64,000 nt of DNA from Callorhinchus milii (GCF_018977255.1 NW_024704742.1:75332001-75396000), one strand, 5' to 3'; positions 1-11,647 are shown, counted from the stretch's first letter. The notes: generated from the sequence alone by a model not told the origin. Made by a program: numbers and translations.

Positions 1-101
1 CTAAATCTTAGTGAAAACATGTATTCCCTCCAATGTAATTTTCTCTGGGGTTTCTGTAACATTGGAAATAATTGGGGCATTGTTATTTGTTCTTTCCCCA
101 G

Positions 102-559
102 CAGAGCGGTACTTCATTTAGTTCCAGTTGGTCAGAGCTAGATCTAGTCCTGTTAATTGGGACCCTTGGACACACTCTGAGTCTTGGTGCCAGCAGTTTT
201 ATAGAAGAGGAACATCAAACATGGTATTTTCTAGTCAATACACTTCTGTTGGTGTTATTTCAAGATATCTGCAGAAAATATTTTCTGGCTAGTGGCTCTA
301 AAGATGATTTGGAGAGCATTGAGAAGACTAATCCAGAGTATGATGGTTACAAGGAACACCAGACCACTATACATGATCTATTAGATCATGACGAAAAAGA
401 TCTGAAATCTAAAACAACGAGACTGTATGGAAACTATGAAAAGTGGTTGGCGTTGATCAGTCCCTGGGTCATTCTGATGTGTTGTCGATTGCTTCGCTCC
501 TTGAACCAGACTGGAATCAAATGGGCACATAAAGCTGATGTTAGCCACTGGTTGACAAG
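102..559 (+). CDS. PIGG: PIGG internal coding exon (acceptor at 101/102 or 104/105)
   Basis: Translation SWSELDLVLLIGTLGHTLSLGASSFIEEEHQTWYFLVNTL...LLRSLNQTGIKWAH matches vertebrate PIGG as I recall it. Polypyrimidine tract plus CAGCAG acceptor; donor AG|GTAAGT at 559/560 (phase 2). Confidence 0.93.
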
Positions 560-718
560 GTAAGTACACATACTGTAACTGGATTGCATCCTGGCCTATG
601 ATAAACAATAGCAGTGGTAAGCTTTCCTTGTTTCATTAATTGAAAGCCTGTCTTTCAAATGTGCATATTTTGTCCACTGCTAGAAGTAGTAATTAATTAA
701 ACTGACTATGGAATAGAC

Positions 719-895
719 CAATGGTGGTCAACTTTTATTGTCAGCCAACAAAGTAAATTAATTGAATATTTCTTGAATTATGCCACAAAATCAAGAAATA
801 TTCAATCAAGAAAAACATGAAAATAAAACTACCGATTGAACACTGCACTTACCTAGACTCGTGCAGTGAATACCCTGCCTTTTGGCCACCATCTG
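719..895 (+). mobile_element. Non-autonomous hAT-like MITE, copy 1
   Basis: Imperfect TIRs caatggtggtcaa...ttggccaccatctg; internal sequence aligns by eye to the reverse complement of 26920-27072. Confidence 0.55.
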
Positions 896-1360
896 CCTCA
901 TCATCTAATAACCCTGAATCTTTTTTTTAATTTCTAGAAACTTCACTTGTTTTTTTTTCTTGAAACCTTTGAAGTTTCTTGTTCCACCACCTTCCTGGTT
1001 GTTAGTTCCACATGCCTATAAATCTTTTATAAAAGACATTTCTCCTGGATCATCTATTTGTTTTTTTTGGTCCTTCTTTTGAATATCTCCCTTATTTTTT
1101 AATTTTCTTTTAAAAAAAATTAGTCACTCAATCCATGACTGTTTATGGGACACTGCTTTGCGCAATTGGCTGCTGCATTTCGCCCACAAAATATGCACAA
1201 AACAGTCAATTCACTTTACTGTATATTCTGTGAAGCGCTTTGAGACGTCTCGAAGACGTGATAAGGTGTTATATCAAATACAAGGATTATTATAGTCATT
1301 TGCTAATGCAGCTTAATTTTATTGCCATCTATCTGATGGGTACATCTTATCTTGTGGACT

Positions 1361-1501
1361 AAAAACAGAAGTCGCTTGGAACACTTAGCAGGTCAGGCAA
1401 CATCTATTAAGAGAGGAAAGTAAGTTAACATTTCAAGTCAATGATCTTCGTCAGGACTGTTTTTATTTCAGATGTTCCAGTATTTGTAGTATTATGCTTT
1501 T
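1361..1501 (-). mobile_element. Short Penelope-like repeat with decayed hammerhead core
   Basis: Homologous by eye to 49926-50026. The minus strand reads CTGACGA-agatc-att-gactt-GAAA-tgttaac. Family assignment comes from recall of similar shark repeats. Confidence 0.5.
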
Positions 1502-2031
1502 TATCTTGTGGACTGTATTATGCAGTCTATCAAATATCGACACTAACATCGTACTGTAGTCCAGCAATACTTCTGCAGCATCAGGTTTTCAGGTGGAGCT
1601 TAAAGAGTAGTAAATCTTTATTTTAAAGAACTTGTCATCGTTACAAATTCGCTAACAAAAATAAGATTTCTTGGAATTTTGTATTGAATAGAAAGTTTCA
1701 TAAGATCTAGCAGTAATTTATGTTTGTAATTTTTGAGGGAGGTCACTTAAGTAAAGCAAGTTTCTAAAAGAGAAGGCACCATAGTTTGAAAACTGGTCTG
1801 CCAGTAAACCACTGCTATTGTGTACATCAGCAATTGCAAACACATATGCCTAATTTAATAATGAACTTACAAATTTAAAATTGTATCTGATTTTGGAAAG
1901 GGTTTGGGATCTCTTGCCTGGTAAATAACACACAAACAGTCCAAAGGTATGGATAGAAAATAAGTGTATGGTTGGTGACAAACTATGTATGTGATGGGTT
2001 TCACTTATTTGTATGTTTATGTTTTTTGCAG

Positions 2032-2220
2032 TTCAAATCACAGAAATGAACTCTCCATTCTGGCTGCGGCATCTCTCTTTCTGATCTTTGTTTTGGTGCA
2101 GAAAACATGTTCTTCTGTCTCAAAGGCTGCGTTAGCACTGGGGTTGCTGGGAGTGTATTGCTACCGAGCAGCAATTGGAAATGTGATTTTTCCATGGAAA
2201 CCAGACCGAGACATATCAAA
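2032..2220 (+). CDS. PIGG: PIGG coding exon
   Basis: ttttttgcag| acceptor; encodes SNHRNELSILAAASL...YRAAIGNVIFPWKPDRDISK; donor AA|GTAAGT; phases match both neighbours. Confidence 0.95.
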
Positions 2221-2589
2221 GTAAGTGTATTAGTGCCCATATAGATTGCTGATAGAGCAGTGAATGTGTTGCTGATTTGAACTTCTGCATTTTAAAATGG
2301 TTTAACAAGTGCAGAAATCACCTGATAGATTCGGATAGAATATGTTTAAACCACTCTTTTACCATCGCTCTTTGAAATTGAATTTAAATGTTCCGTTAGG
2401 AATGGTTCACAAAAAAAAATCGTTTTGTGGTCTAGAACAGATTTGAAGTTGATAGCACTTGATTCCAAATCTATAATGCCTTAATGCAGGAATCAATAAC
2501 CTGGCTGGTGACTTGATAGTCACTCAAATCACGTATAGAAGTCTCAACACAACAAGGCTGTGAGAAATAGACGCCACATAAACAGATAA

Positions 2590-4650
2590 GGGGATTGCAG
2601 AATGCAGGAAGACACAAATAGGCTGGTAAAATGGGCAGACAGACAGTTTAATGTGGGAAAATGCAAAGCAATTCACTTTGTCAGGAAAAATAAAGAAACT
2701 GCCTGTAATCTAGATGAAAGGAACCTAAAAGGAATAGAGGAGCAAAGAGGACTCAGATCCACAAATCTCTTTAAGTAGCCAACAACAACAACAACAAGAT
2801 TCCATTTATAGAGCGCCTTTCACGTCAGGAGGACGTCCCAAGGCGCTGCACAGTTGGGTCATGACCCGAGCAGGGGGGAAATGGTCAGGGTGAGGGGAGG
2901 GAAGGGAGGGAGAGAGGAGGGGGAAATGGTCAGGGTGAGGGGAGGGAAGGGAGGGAGCGAGGAGGAGGAAGAGAGTCGAGAGGGGAGCTGAAGGCACGGT
3001 CAAAGAGAAAGGTTTTGAGACCGGCCTTGAAGGAGGAAAGGGAGGAAGCAAGGCGAAGGCACTGGGGGATGGAGTTCCAGAGCCTGGGGGCTGAGAGGCT
3101 GAAGGCCCAACCACCGATAGTAGGGCGGTTGGGGCGGGGGACGTGGAGCAGACCGGAGCCAGAGGAACGGAGGGTGCGGGCAGGTAGGTAGGGGGATAGT
3201 AGGTTGCTTTTTCGGGGCCGGCGAGGAGAGAGTTCCCATAGTCCAGCCTTGAGGTGACAAAGGCGTGAACCAGGGTTTCAGCGGCGTGAGGGGTGAGGTA
3301 GTGCCGTAGTTTGGCGATATTCCGGAGGTGATGGAAGGCGGTGCCAGTTGTGGTGCGGATGTGAGGGAGAAAGGACAGCTCAGGGTCGAACAAAACGCCG
3401 AGGTTCCTGACTGGCTTTGAGAGGTGGAGAGTGCAGCCTTGGATGCTGATGGTGTCAGCGCCTGAGGTGCGGAGGCGCTGACGTGAGCCAATCAGGAGGG
3501 CCTCGGTTTTTCGCACGTTGAGCTGAAGAAAGTTGTCTCTCGTCCAGGACTCGATGTCGGACAGGCAGGCTGTCAGGACATCGGTGGTCGTGGAGTTGAG
3601 AGTAGAGGAGGAAAAGTAGAGTTGGGTGTCATCCGCATACATGTGGAAGTTAACCCCATGTTTGCGGATGATGTCACCAAGGGGGAGCATATAGAGGGTG
3701 AAGAGGAGGGGACCGAGGACAGAGCCCTGAGGGACACCACATGAGACAGTACGGGGGGTGGAGGAGAAGCCATTCGTTGAGACGAAGTGAAGACGGTGGG
3801 AAAGGTAAGACCTAAACCATTCAAGGACAGTGCCTTGAAGGTTGAGGTGGGAGGACAAGCGGTGGAGTAGGATAGCGTGGTCGACCGTATCGAATGCTGC
3901 CGATAGGTCGAGGAGGACGAGGAGACAGAGGGAGCCCTGGTCACAGATGGTCAGGATATCATTGGTGACCTTGACCAGGGCAGTTTCTGTGCTATGAGCA
4001 GCACGGAAACCTGACTGAAGGGGTTCGAAGCCACACAAGTAGATAAGACTATAAAAAAGGCCAATGGGGTCTTGGGCTTTATATCCAGATAGAATGTAAA
4101 TATGAGGAGGTGATACTGAATTTATACAAAACCTTGGTTAGACACATTTGGAGTATTGAGTCCAATTCTGTTCTCCGCATTATTAAGAAGGATATAGCAG
4201 CAAAGGAAAGAGTAAGACTAGATTGATGAGGATTATACCAGGGCTCGCAGGTTACTGCTATCAGGATAGACTGTATAGCCTAGACCTATTTTTGCTTGTG
4301 AAGAGATGTTTAAGAGGGGACCTATTAGAAGAGTTTAAAATTGTAAAAGAGTTTGATAACTCCCCACTGGTTGGGGAGTCTGTAACCAGGGGACACAAAC
4401 ACTAAGATAGAAACTAGGGAATCTAAAAGAGAGCTTAGGAGGAACTACTTCACACAGAGGGTAGTGAGTTTGTGGAACTCGCTGCCTTAAGCAGTGGTTG
4501 AACAAGATAGTGTAGATGCATTCAGAGGAAGCTAGAAGGGAATAGAAGGGTATGGGAGGGAGTAACGAATAGGTGAAGACTTGTGTCCAGCATAAACACC
4601 TGCACAGACTGATTCGGCCAAGTGGGATATTTCCGTTCTTTACATTCTTT
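2590..4650 (+). mobile_element. Decayed CR1 LINE 3' portion, split by an L2 insertion at 2782-4028
   Basis: CR1 ORF2 C-terminal motifs (WAD, RLRGDL, TRGH, FTQRVV.LWN.LP) on both sides of the insert. Confidence 0.8.
2782..4028 (-). mobile_element. Young 5'-truncated L2 LINE (RT domain plus 3' tail) with an internal deletion
   Basis: ORF 2806-4038 has [40 protein letters not shown] and YADDTQLY; (TTG)n tail; agcca TSD at 2777-2781 and 4029-4033. Confidence 0.93.
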
Positions 4651-4792
4651 GTATCCTCACTGACAGTTTGCATATAGAATCAAAACCATGCATATTGGAC
4701 TTCGAGGCATAAAGCAAAAAAGTTCTGCTCTGTTGAACAGTCCCAAATAAAATGAAAGAAATCCTAAAATACATCCAACTAAAATCAACTCT

Positions 4793-5156
4793 AGTCCTGT
4801 AGCTCAGTGGTTAAAGCACTCGCCTCGCAAGCAAGAGACTTGGGTTCGATTCCCGGGCAGGTTGAAATGTTGGGCAAGTTTCCTTCCTCCAGACGCCTCT
4901 GTTTACGTAGCAGTCAGGAGGAACCCGGTTGTTAGTCGATTGCCGGATTGCTTTTTCGGGGGGGTAATAATCCCTTAAAAAATATTTGGTCAATTAATCC
5001 ACGACTGTTTGTGAGACACTGCTGTGAGGAATTGGCTGCGGCATTTCGCCCACAAAACATAGTCAATTCATTTTACACTATATTCTGTGAAACACTTTGA
5101 GATGTCTAGAAGATGTGAAAAGGCATTATATCAAATGTAAGGATTATTATTATTAT
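4793..5156 (+). mobile_element. tRNA-Ala-derived SINE, long form (Deu-like body, L2-type tail)
   Basis: A box TAGCTCAGTGG, B box GTTCGATTCC, body ...gctgtg..aattggctg..., (ATT)n tail. Confidence 0.9.
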
Positions 5157-6769
5157 AAACTGATTTTTATTTTTCTATTTTTTAGTCCAAATTGCCTCGT
5201 TTCCAAAAAAGCATTGATTTGAACGAATTGTGATGTAATTCCATGGGCATATTTGCATTTTTGCAGATGGCCATTCATTTATGAAGAATAATGTGAAAAA
5301 ATAATTCAATACATCTTCCATAAATCCTGTTCAACCATTTTATCACTGAAAGGGCCCACTTTTCTTTCTACTATTACTAATACTGCTAATAATAAATTGC
5401 TAACTCAATCCACGACTATTTGTGGGACACTGGTATGCACAATTGGCTGCCATGTTTTACCCACAAAATATACAGTCAATTCACTTTACAGTGTGTTCTG
5501 TGAAGCGCTTTGGGATGTCCTCCCGACGTGAAAAGCGCTATATCAAATGCAAAGATTATTATTATTATATGTAATATAAGGCTTATTATTACTATTTACA
5601 CAGCTGAAAACAAACTTTGCATGCTTCTTGACGCTATGCTGATAATTTATGCATGAGATTGATGAGTTAGGGAGACTGGAACAGTTGTCTTAAACTCTGA
5701 TTAAAATGCATGAGGAGATGAAAGGATGAGGGTAGGATTTGAGACTAGGTAAGCTCCTATTAATCCTAGGGCAGATTTCATGGCATATCCAGACTGATTG
5801 ATAAGCAAACAATGGAGTTGAAGTTGTGCTATATCTTAACTGAATTCCTAGAAATCTGGTTAGAAGTAAATCACATTGGAGTGGAATTCCCACATGTCTT
5901 GTGTGAGTGAATTGTACTTTCTGGATGGAGCGTCGGTTTGTAAGAGTCTAATTGTGTATTAAGGAAACTGTTTAAGAAACACTATCAGCTAGATCCCGCA
6001 GTCAGTATTGCACCTTCAAATGCTTGGCATCAGTTTGCTTCAGTATCGGACATTTTGACCGAGCTCAGAGTATAGTCTGGGAACAAGAACTCACTGAAAC
6101 ATAAAAAACAAACTTCTCACCGTTGATGTTAACAATCATTCTTCTTGCAAGGATAGTGCCATTTGACAGGTTGACATTCGTTCTTGCATTTTTATTGCTT
6201 CCTTTGACAGCGGCCTGTTCACCTCGACGATTTAGGCTGTGATTTTGTAACCCGGCTATCAGTACTAAAATGTTCATTCTGACAGTTATCTGTGGCCCTT
6301 ACCTTGGGAATTGGTTCACACCATCCTTTGATGATTTATGGACAATTGTCCCTTTTGTTGGCAAGAAAGTTTGTAAACCTTCCCTGATATCCATCTGACT
6401 TGTTATTTCCCAAGTGAGTCTCCACTGTTTGGGTTGATTTCAAGATCATTTCACTGCCAAACTGTCATCTGTGACAAAAGTCATTTAACTTCAGTAAAAG
6501 GGTGATAGGCATGTAACACAAACTACTACTTTAGGTGGTGAAACTATAAAAGGTGTTAATTAAGAAGGGATCAGATGGTTTTAATTTTGAAAAAAATCAG
6601 GGCTATGAGACAATGAGATAGAAGTGCCAAAGGAAAGTTTTGGAAGTTGGAGAAGTAGCTAGGTAAACCAACTCCAACTAGAGATTGACAAGATCCAGAA
6701 TATGATGACACTTTCCTTACTCAGAAATCCATTGAAATAGACCAAGAGTTGAAGAAATTAGCCAGTCAA

Positions 6770-7250
6770 GCGAAGACACTAGGTGGTGGATTGGGGAGTG
6801 AGGAGGTCGGAGAGGTAGGGAGGTGCCAGAGAATGAATGGATTTGAACATGAGTGTGAGGATGTTGGAGTCAATCCCATTTGGTGGAACCTGGCTAGAAC
6901 TGGTGAGATGTGGGTACGGAGTTTGGTTCGGGTCAGTATGCAGAGTTCTGATTGAACTGGATTTTTTCAATAGTGGAGCTGGGGAGTCTGGCGAGGAGAG
7001 CGTTTGAGTAATCCAAGCGGGATGTGACAAACACATGTACGAGGGTTTCGGCTGCATTTGTAGTAAGGTACGGTTGGAGGTGGGCAATGAGCAGAGGTGG
7101 AGGAAGGCGGTCCTGTTTGGGACTGGATGTGGGGGAGGAAGGACAGCTGGGGGTTGAACCAGATGCCTAGATTGTCCACTGGTTCAGTGAGTCTGAGGGA
7201 GAGCCCAGGGAGCTTCAGGAGTTCAGATTTGCAGGAGTAAAGACATTGAC
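6770..7250 (-). mobile_element. Old L2 fragment
   Basis: Degenerate NLGIWFNPQLSFLPHI and FKSIHSLAPPYLSDLL motifs. Confidence 0.75.
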
Positions 7251-7655
7251 GGGAATGCTATTCTCCCTATTAAATCCCTATTCTATTCTTCCTATTACTA
7301 TGGTGGGAAAGGAAAGATTTTGCCATATAGGTACAGGACTTGAGCTCATTGTCTAGGCTGACACTCAATATTAGGGGAGCGATGCTTTGTCAGTGGCCTC
7401 CTTCAACTGGAAAGTTAAACCAATGTCCCATCTGCCTGTTCTTCAAGTATGTCTTGAAGATCCCACGACACTATTCAAAAAATGAGGGAGTTTCTCTTGG
7501 TGTTCTTGCCAACAATCCTCCAGATTAAAATTGGTCATTCATCTCATTATTGTGTCTGGGACCTTGGGGTATGCAAATTGGCTGCTGTGTTTGTCCCTCA
7601 AAAACAGCTGTGCTTGATATTAATCACTGAACAGCACTTCAGTGCTGTGAGTGCT

Positions 7656-7967
7656 GGAGTCCTGTAGCTCAGTGGTCAGAGCACTCGCCTTGCAAGTGAG
7701 ACACCTGGGTTCAATTCCAGGCAGAGGGCGAAACCTTGGGCAAGTTTCCTTACTCCACACACCTAATAATAATCCCTCCAAAACAAAACAATAAATTGGT
7801 CATTCTCAATCCACGACTGTTTGTGGGACACTGCTGTGTGCAATTGGCTGCTGCGTTTCGCCCAGAAATATACGTTCAATTCACTTGACAGTATATTCTG
7901 TGAAGCGCTTTGAGACGTCAAGAAGATGTGAAAAACGCTATATCAAATGCAAGGATTATTATTATTA
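7656..7967 (+). mobile_element. tRNA-derived SINE, short form, nested in an older SINE (~7350-8015)
   Basis: ggagtcctgtagctcagtgg head, B box, (ATT)n tail. Confidence 0.9.
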
Positions 7968-8091
7968 TTTTTAAGATGATGTGACATCAAGTGCAATGAA
8001 AATGTAAGTTATTTCTTAATCAATATGCCACTATTCTGTAATGCTAGAATGATAATTGCAATTGATTAATTTTTGCATGTTTCCTTATCAG

Positions 8092-8401
8092 GGGAATAAT
8101 TGAAGCTCGGTTTGTCTATGTATTTGTCCTCGGCATCCTTTTTACGGGAGTTAAAGACTTGTTGAAGTCGCAAGTTGATTTTTCTGACACAGTGACGAAG
8201 AGCAGGGGCCTCTGGGAAATATACAGCGGGCTTGTGCTGTTGGCTGCTTTGCTCTTCCGCCCTCACAACTTGCCAGTGTTGTTGTTCATCCTCCTAATTC
8301 AGATGATTATGACCCGTTTTATCTGGAAGGCATTGGGATATGATGCGGCTCAAATTACCATCATGCATTACTGGTTTGGCCAAGCCTTCTTTTACTTTCA
8401 G
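8092..8401 (+). CDS. PIGG: PIGG coding exon
   Basis: ttccttatcag| acceptor; encodes GIIEARFVYVFVLGILFTG...LFRPHNLPV...HYWFGQAFFYFQ; donor CAG|GTACC (phase 0). Confidence 0.95.
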
Positions 8402-9591
8402 GTACCTTTTTATGCAATTCTGCAGTGTTACCAGCAAAATTAAGATATTTCAAGTGGAGTGAGTTCAGTTCTCAACAAATATTTGTGTTGTATTTACACC
8501 ATAATTTGTTCAATTACATTAACCCAATAAATGTGTATACCCAAGTTGTGGCCCTCAGCATGACCCAAACATTTTAGAAATATTTTCCATAACAGCTATA
8601 ATATTATCATAACTATTGAGTCAATAACTTCAAAAGAATATGATGTTGATTCATTTTGTAATCTAGATTAATTTCAAGGAGATACATCTGCCCACAAAAT
8701 ACACACAGTCATACCATTTTACATTATATCCTGTGAAACACTTTGAGACATCTTGATGACGTGATAAGGCACTATATCAAATGCACGGATTGTTATTTGA
8801 CTTAACGTTCGAAGGGACTGACAATGAGTACATTTTCCTGCAGAATCCTTTACGAATTAGCCCTATTGACCATCAAATTAGCCATGTGTTTTTTNAAGCA
8901 GAACAACTAACCATCAGCAGTTCTGAGGAAAATGGTAAAAGATTCTCTGGAAGTTGAAGATTATAGACAAGTGACTGAAAGATTATTATTATTAATGAAG
9001 CTGATTTCATTCCTCAATCCACGACTGTTTGTGGGGCACTGCTGTACGCAATTGGCTGCTGCATTTCGCCCACAAAGCACACAGTCACTACACTTTACAG
9101 TGTGTTCTGTGAAGCGGTTTTAGAAGTCTTGAAGACTTGATAAGCCACTGTATCAATTGCAAGGTTAGTTATTATTATTACAGCCTGCAGTTAGTATCTG
9201 AATATGAGGTAAGGCACACCTGTTACCTCAGTCACTTTCCATTAGTCCTGGGTAGGCCAACATAAATTTTACAGACAAAGTGTAGAACATAGTGTCCTTT
9301 CTTCTTATCAGCATAGTCTTAGTCAATCAGATTTTTCTGTTTCTTCTTCTCACCCCCCTGCCCATAGTCTGTCTACAAGGCATAAAATTAGACTTTGGTT
9401 TCTTTCATCCTTTCATTCGTTGTTTCTAGTACCAATAGTTGGAGCCTTTCTCTAATAAATTTTTCAGTCCTTGAGAACCAGCCACAACAACGTGCATTTA
9501 TATAGTGCCCTTCATGTGTGGTAGGGTCTTGGGAATGCTGGAAACACAAACAGCTTAATGAACAGACCATTTCTCATGTCTCATTGGTCCA

Positions 9592-10074
9592 ACAACAACA
9601 AGATTACATTTGTATAGCGCCTTTCACATTGGGAGGATGTCCCAAGGCGCTGAACAGTGTACAGCATTTCAGACCTGAGCTGGGGTCGGGGGAGAAGGGG
9701 AGGGGAAGGGGGGTGCTAATGGCATGGTCGAAGAGGAGGGTTTTGAGGTGGGACTTGAAGGAAGCTAAGGAGGGAGCGAGGCAGACAGGTTGGATGGGAA
9801 TGTGAGTGAGGGAGGAAAGGTTGATTCCTGTGGGTGAGGGGCCGGTGGACCTTGCGGCGAGAGTGGGGGAAGGGGCAGTCAGAATGGGTGTTGTAGGACA
9901 GCCGACAGCGTCTACCACAGTGGGCACGACGGAGAATGTGAAGGGAGGAGCAGAGGGAGGCCGTGGGGGAGTCGAGGAGGGATAGGAGTCGGGGCAGGCG
10001 GAGGGAGAGGAGGATTGAGCGGGAGTAGTGGTGGGAAGGGGACGGGGTCGGGAACATCTTGGGGAAGCAGCTCG
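9592..10074 (-). mobile_element. Internally deleted (bipartite) L2 derivative
   Basis: L2 3' end (LASFKSHLKTLLF, stem-loop, (TTG)n) fused to a C-rich 5' segment starting near an ATG at 10057; ggtcca TSD at 9586-9591 and 10075-10080. Confidence 0.65.
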
Positions 10075-10263
10075 GGTCCAGACTTCTATTGCACAGTTCA
10101 ATAGGACACCTATGTCCCAGATGAGTCCAATTCTCTGACATATGAATGCTGATGACCAAATAAGAAAGGGAAACGCATCAATGCTGCGTATGAAATTAAA
10201 TTGGCAGAAATTCAATTTGCAGCTTTGTTAATTTTACAGAACAGTTTTGTTTTTTCTTTGTAG

Positions 10264-10427
10264 GGAAATTCAAACAGCATTGCAACTGTGGATATTTCAG
10301 CTGGATTTGTCGGCCTTGAGAATTATGTTGAGGTGCCAGCAATCTTCCTCACAGCATTTGCCACATATGCAGGTCCCCTGCTCTGGGCTGTGCACCTTAC
10401 CTTCTACATGAGCTCAGAAACGAGCAG
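10264..10427 (+). CDS. PIGG: PIGG coding exon (missing from the ORF track)
   Basis: tttttctttgtag| acceptor; reads GNSNSIATVDISAGFVGLENYVEVPAIFLTAFATYAGPLLWAVHL; donor AG|GTAATA (phase 2). Confidence 0.95.
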
Positions 10428-11647
10428 GTAATAAATTCTATGCTGACAATTTCTTTTGTTAGGGTCAACCTCGAGAAATCATTACTTCATTCCTTCAACC
10501 TCCAGATACTCATATTAATTACTGTCAGTCTGTGAAGGGAAATCACCTGGGACAGTGTCCCTAGGAATAAGTCTTTTTGGCACTTGTGTGATATTGCTCT
10601 TCTCTCTGATGTGTAAATCTCATCCTGAAGACATTTAGAATATTGTGCTGTCTACGGATTACAAAAAGTGTAGTTTGGGGGGCCAAAACTATTAGTTCTA
10701 TTAATAGAACTAGTAGTTAATAGAGCTATTAATTTTGTTAATGGTCTATTAATCTAATATTCTCCCAGTCACACCCAGGGAAACAATAAGTTGCAGGTCT
10801 CTGCAGTTTATGGGAGCACTAAAATCATTGCTTGTTGAGTGGACAAACGCAAAAATCTGTTTTCATCAATCCTTATCTGTATTAGTAACTTAATGATAAC
10901 CAAGGTTATGACAGTATCAGTGATCTTGCAATCTATCCATTATCCCTCCTTGATTTAGGTCTTCCTTTATATAATGCCAAAGATATCCGTCCCATCGCTT
11001 TTCAAGGAATTCAGTCTTTAGCCATAATTGTGTGAATGAATAATGCCCTTTTATGTAGATAGGTTCCTAGATGGTCCAGTAGGAATTCGCAAAAATTAGT
11101 GAACTGAACCCCCAAATACCTTGAGAAATAAAAGAAAGAGATTAAGGGTCAAGCCCAGAAATATTTCTTGCAGTTTATTAAATTTATTTTATCTCATAAT
11201 TTATTAAAGCGGGAAATTAAACCTCCAACATATGCTTCTGCACTTTAACTTGTGTCCTTCAAAACTATTTTTATTCTATTAAAAAAAATTCAACTGCTAT
11301 TTGTGCCTCAAAAATGCAGCATATGTAAACTGGAATGATTAAAAATCTTTAGAATTTTGCCTTAGCTTTGCTAAAAATAACATTTCTCTCTCACTCCCAG
11401 TCTTCACTCAAAATCTGGGTCAGATTCCAACAGTCAGAAGGCCCAGGAGAATGGTATTGGGGACAAACTTTGGTTTTCACAGAACAAATTTGAAATGCTG
11501 TTTGAGTGTAGCAAATACATTTTGTTGATTATTCTTTCAATTGTGTTGACAATACGTTCAGTTAGATTGTGATTCTATGATTTCTGTTCTTACAAACATT
11601 AAAACTTCAGTTAATCTTGTTCTGAAAAAAATGCCCTTTTATTCCAG

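Noticed and set aside
2806..4038. 410-aa RT ORF as a functional or domesticated gene
   Set aside because: 5'-truncated L2 with no endonuclease, a non-ATG start in flanking CR1 sequence and a frameshifting deletion.
6065..6277. 70-aa antisense ORF in a PIGG intron
   Set aside because: No recognisable homology or splice context; possibly a decayed LINE remnant.
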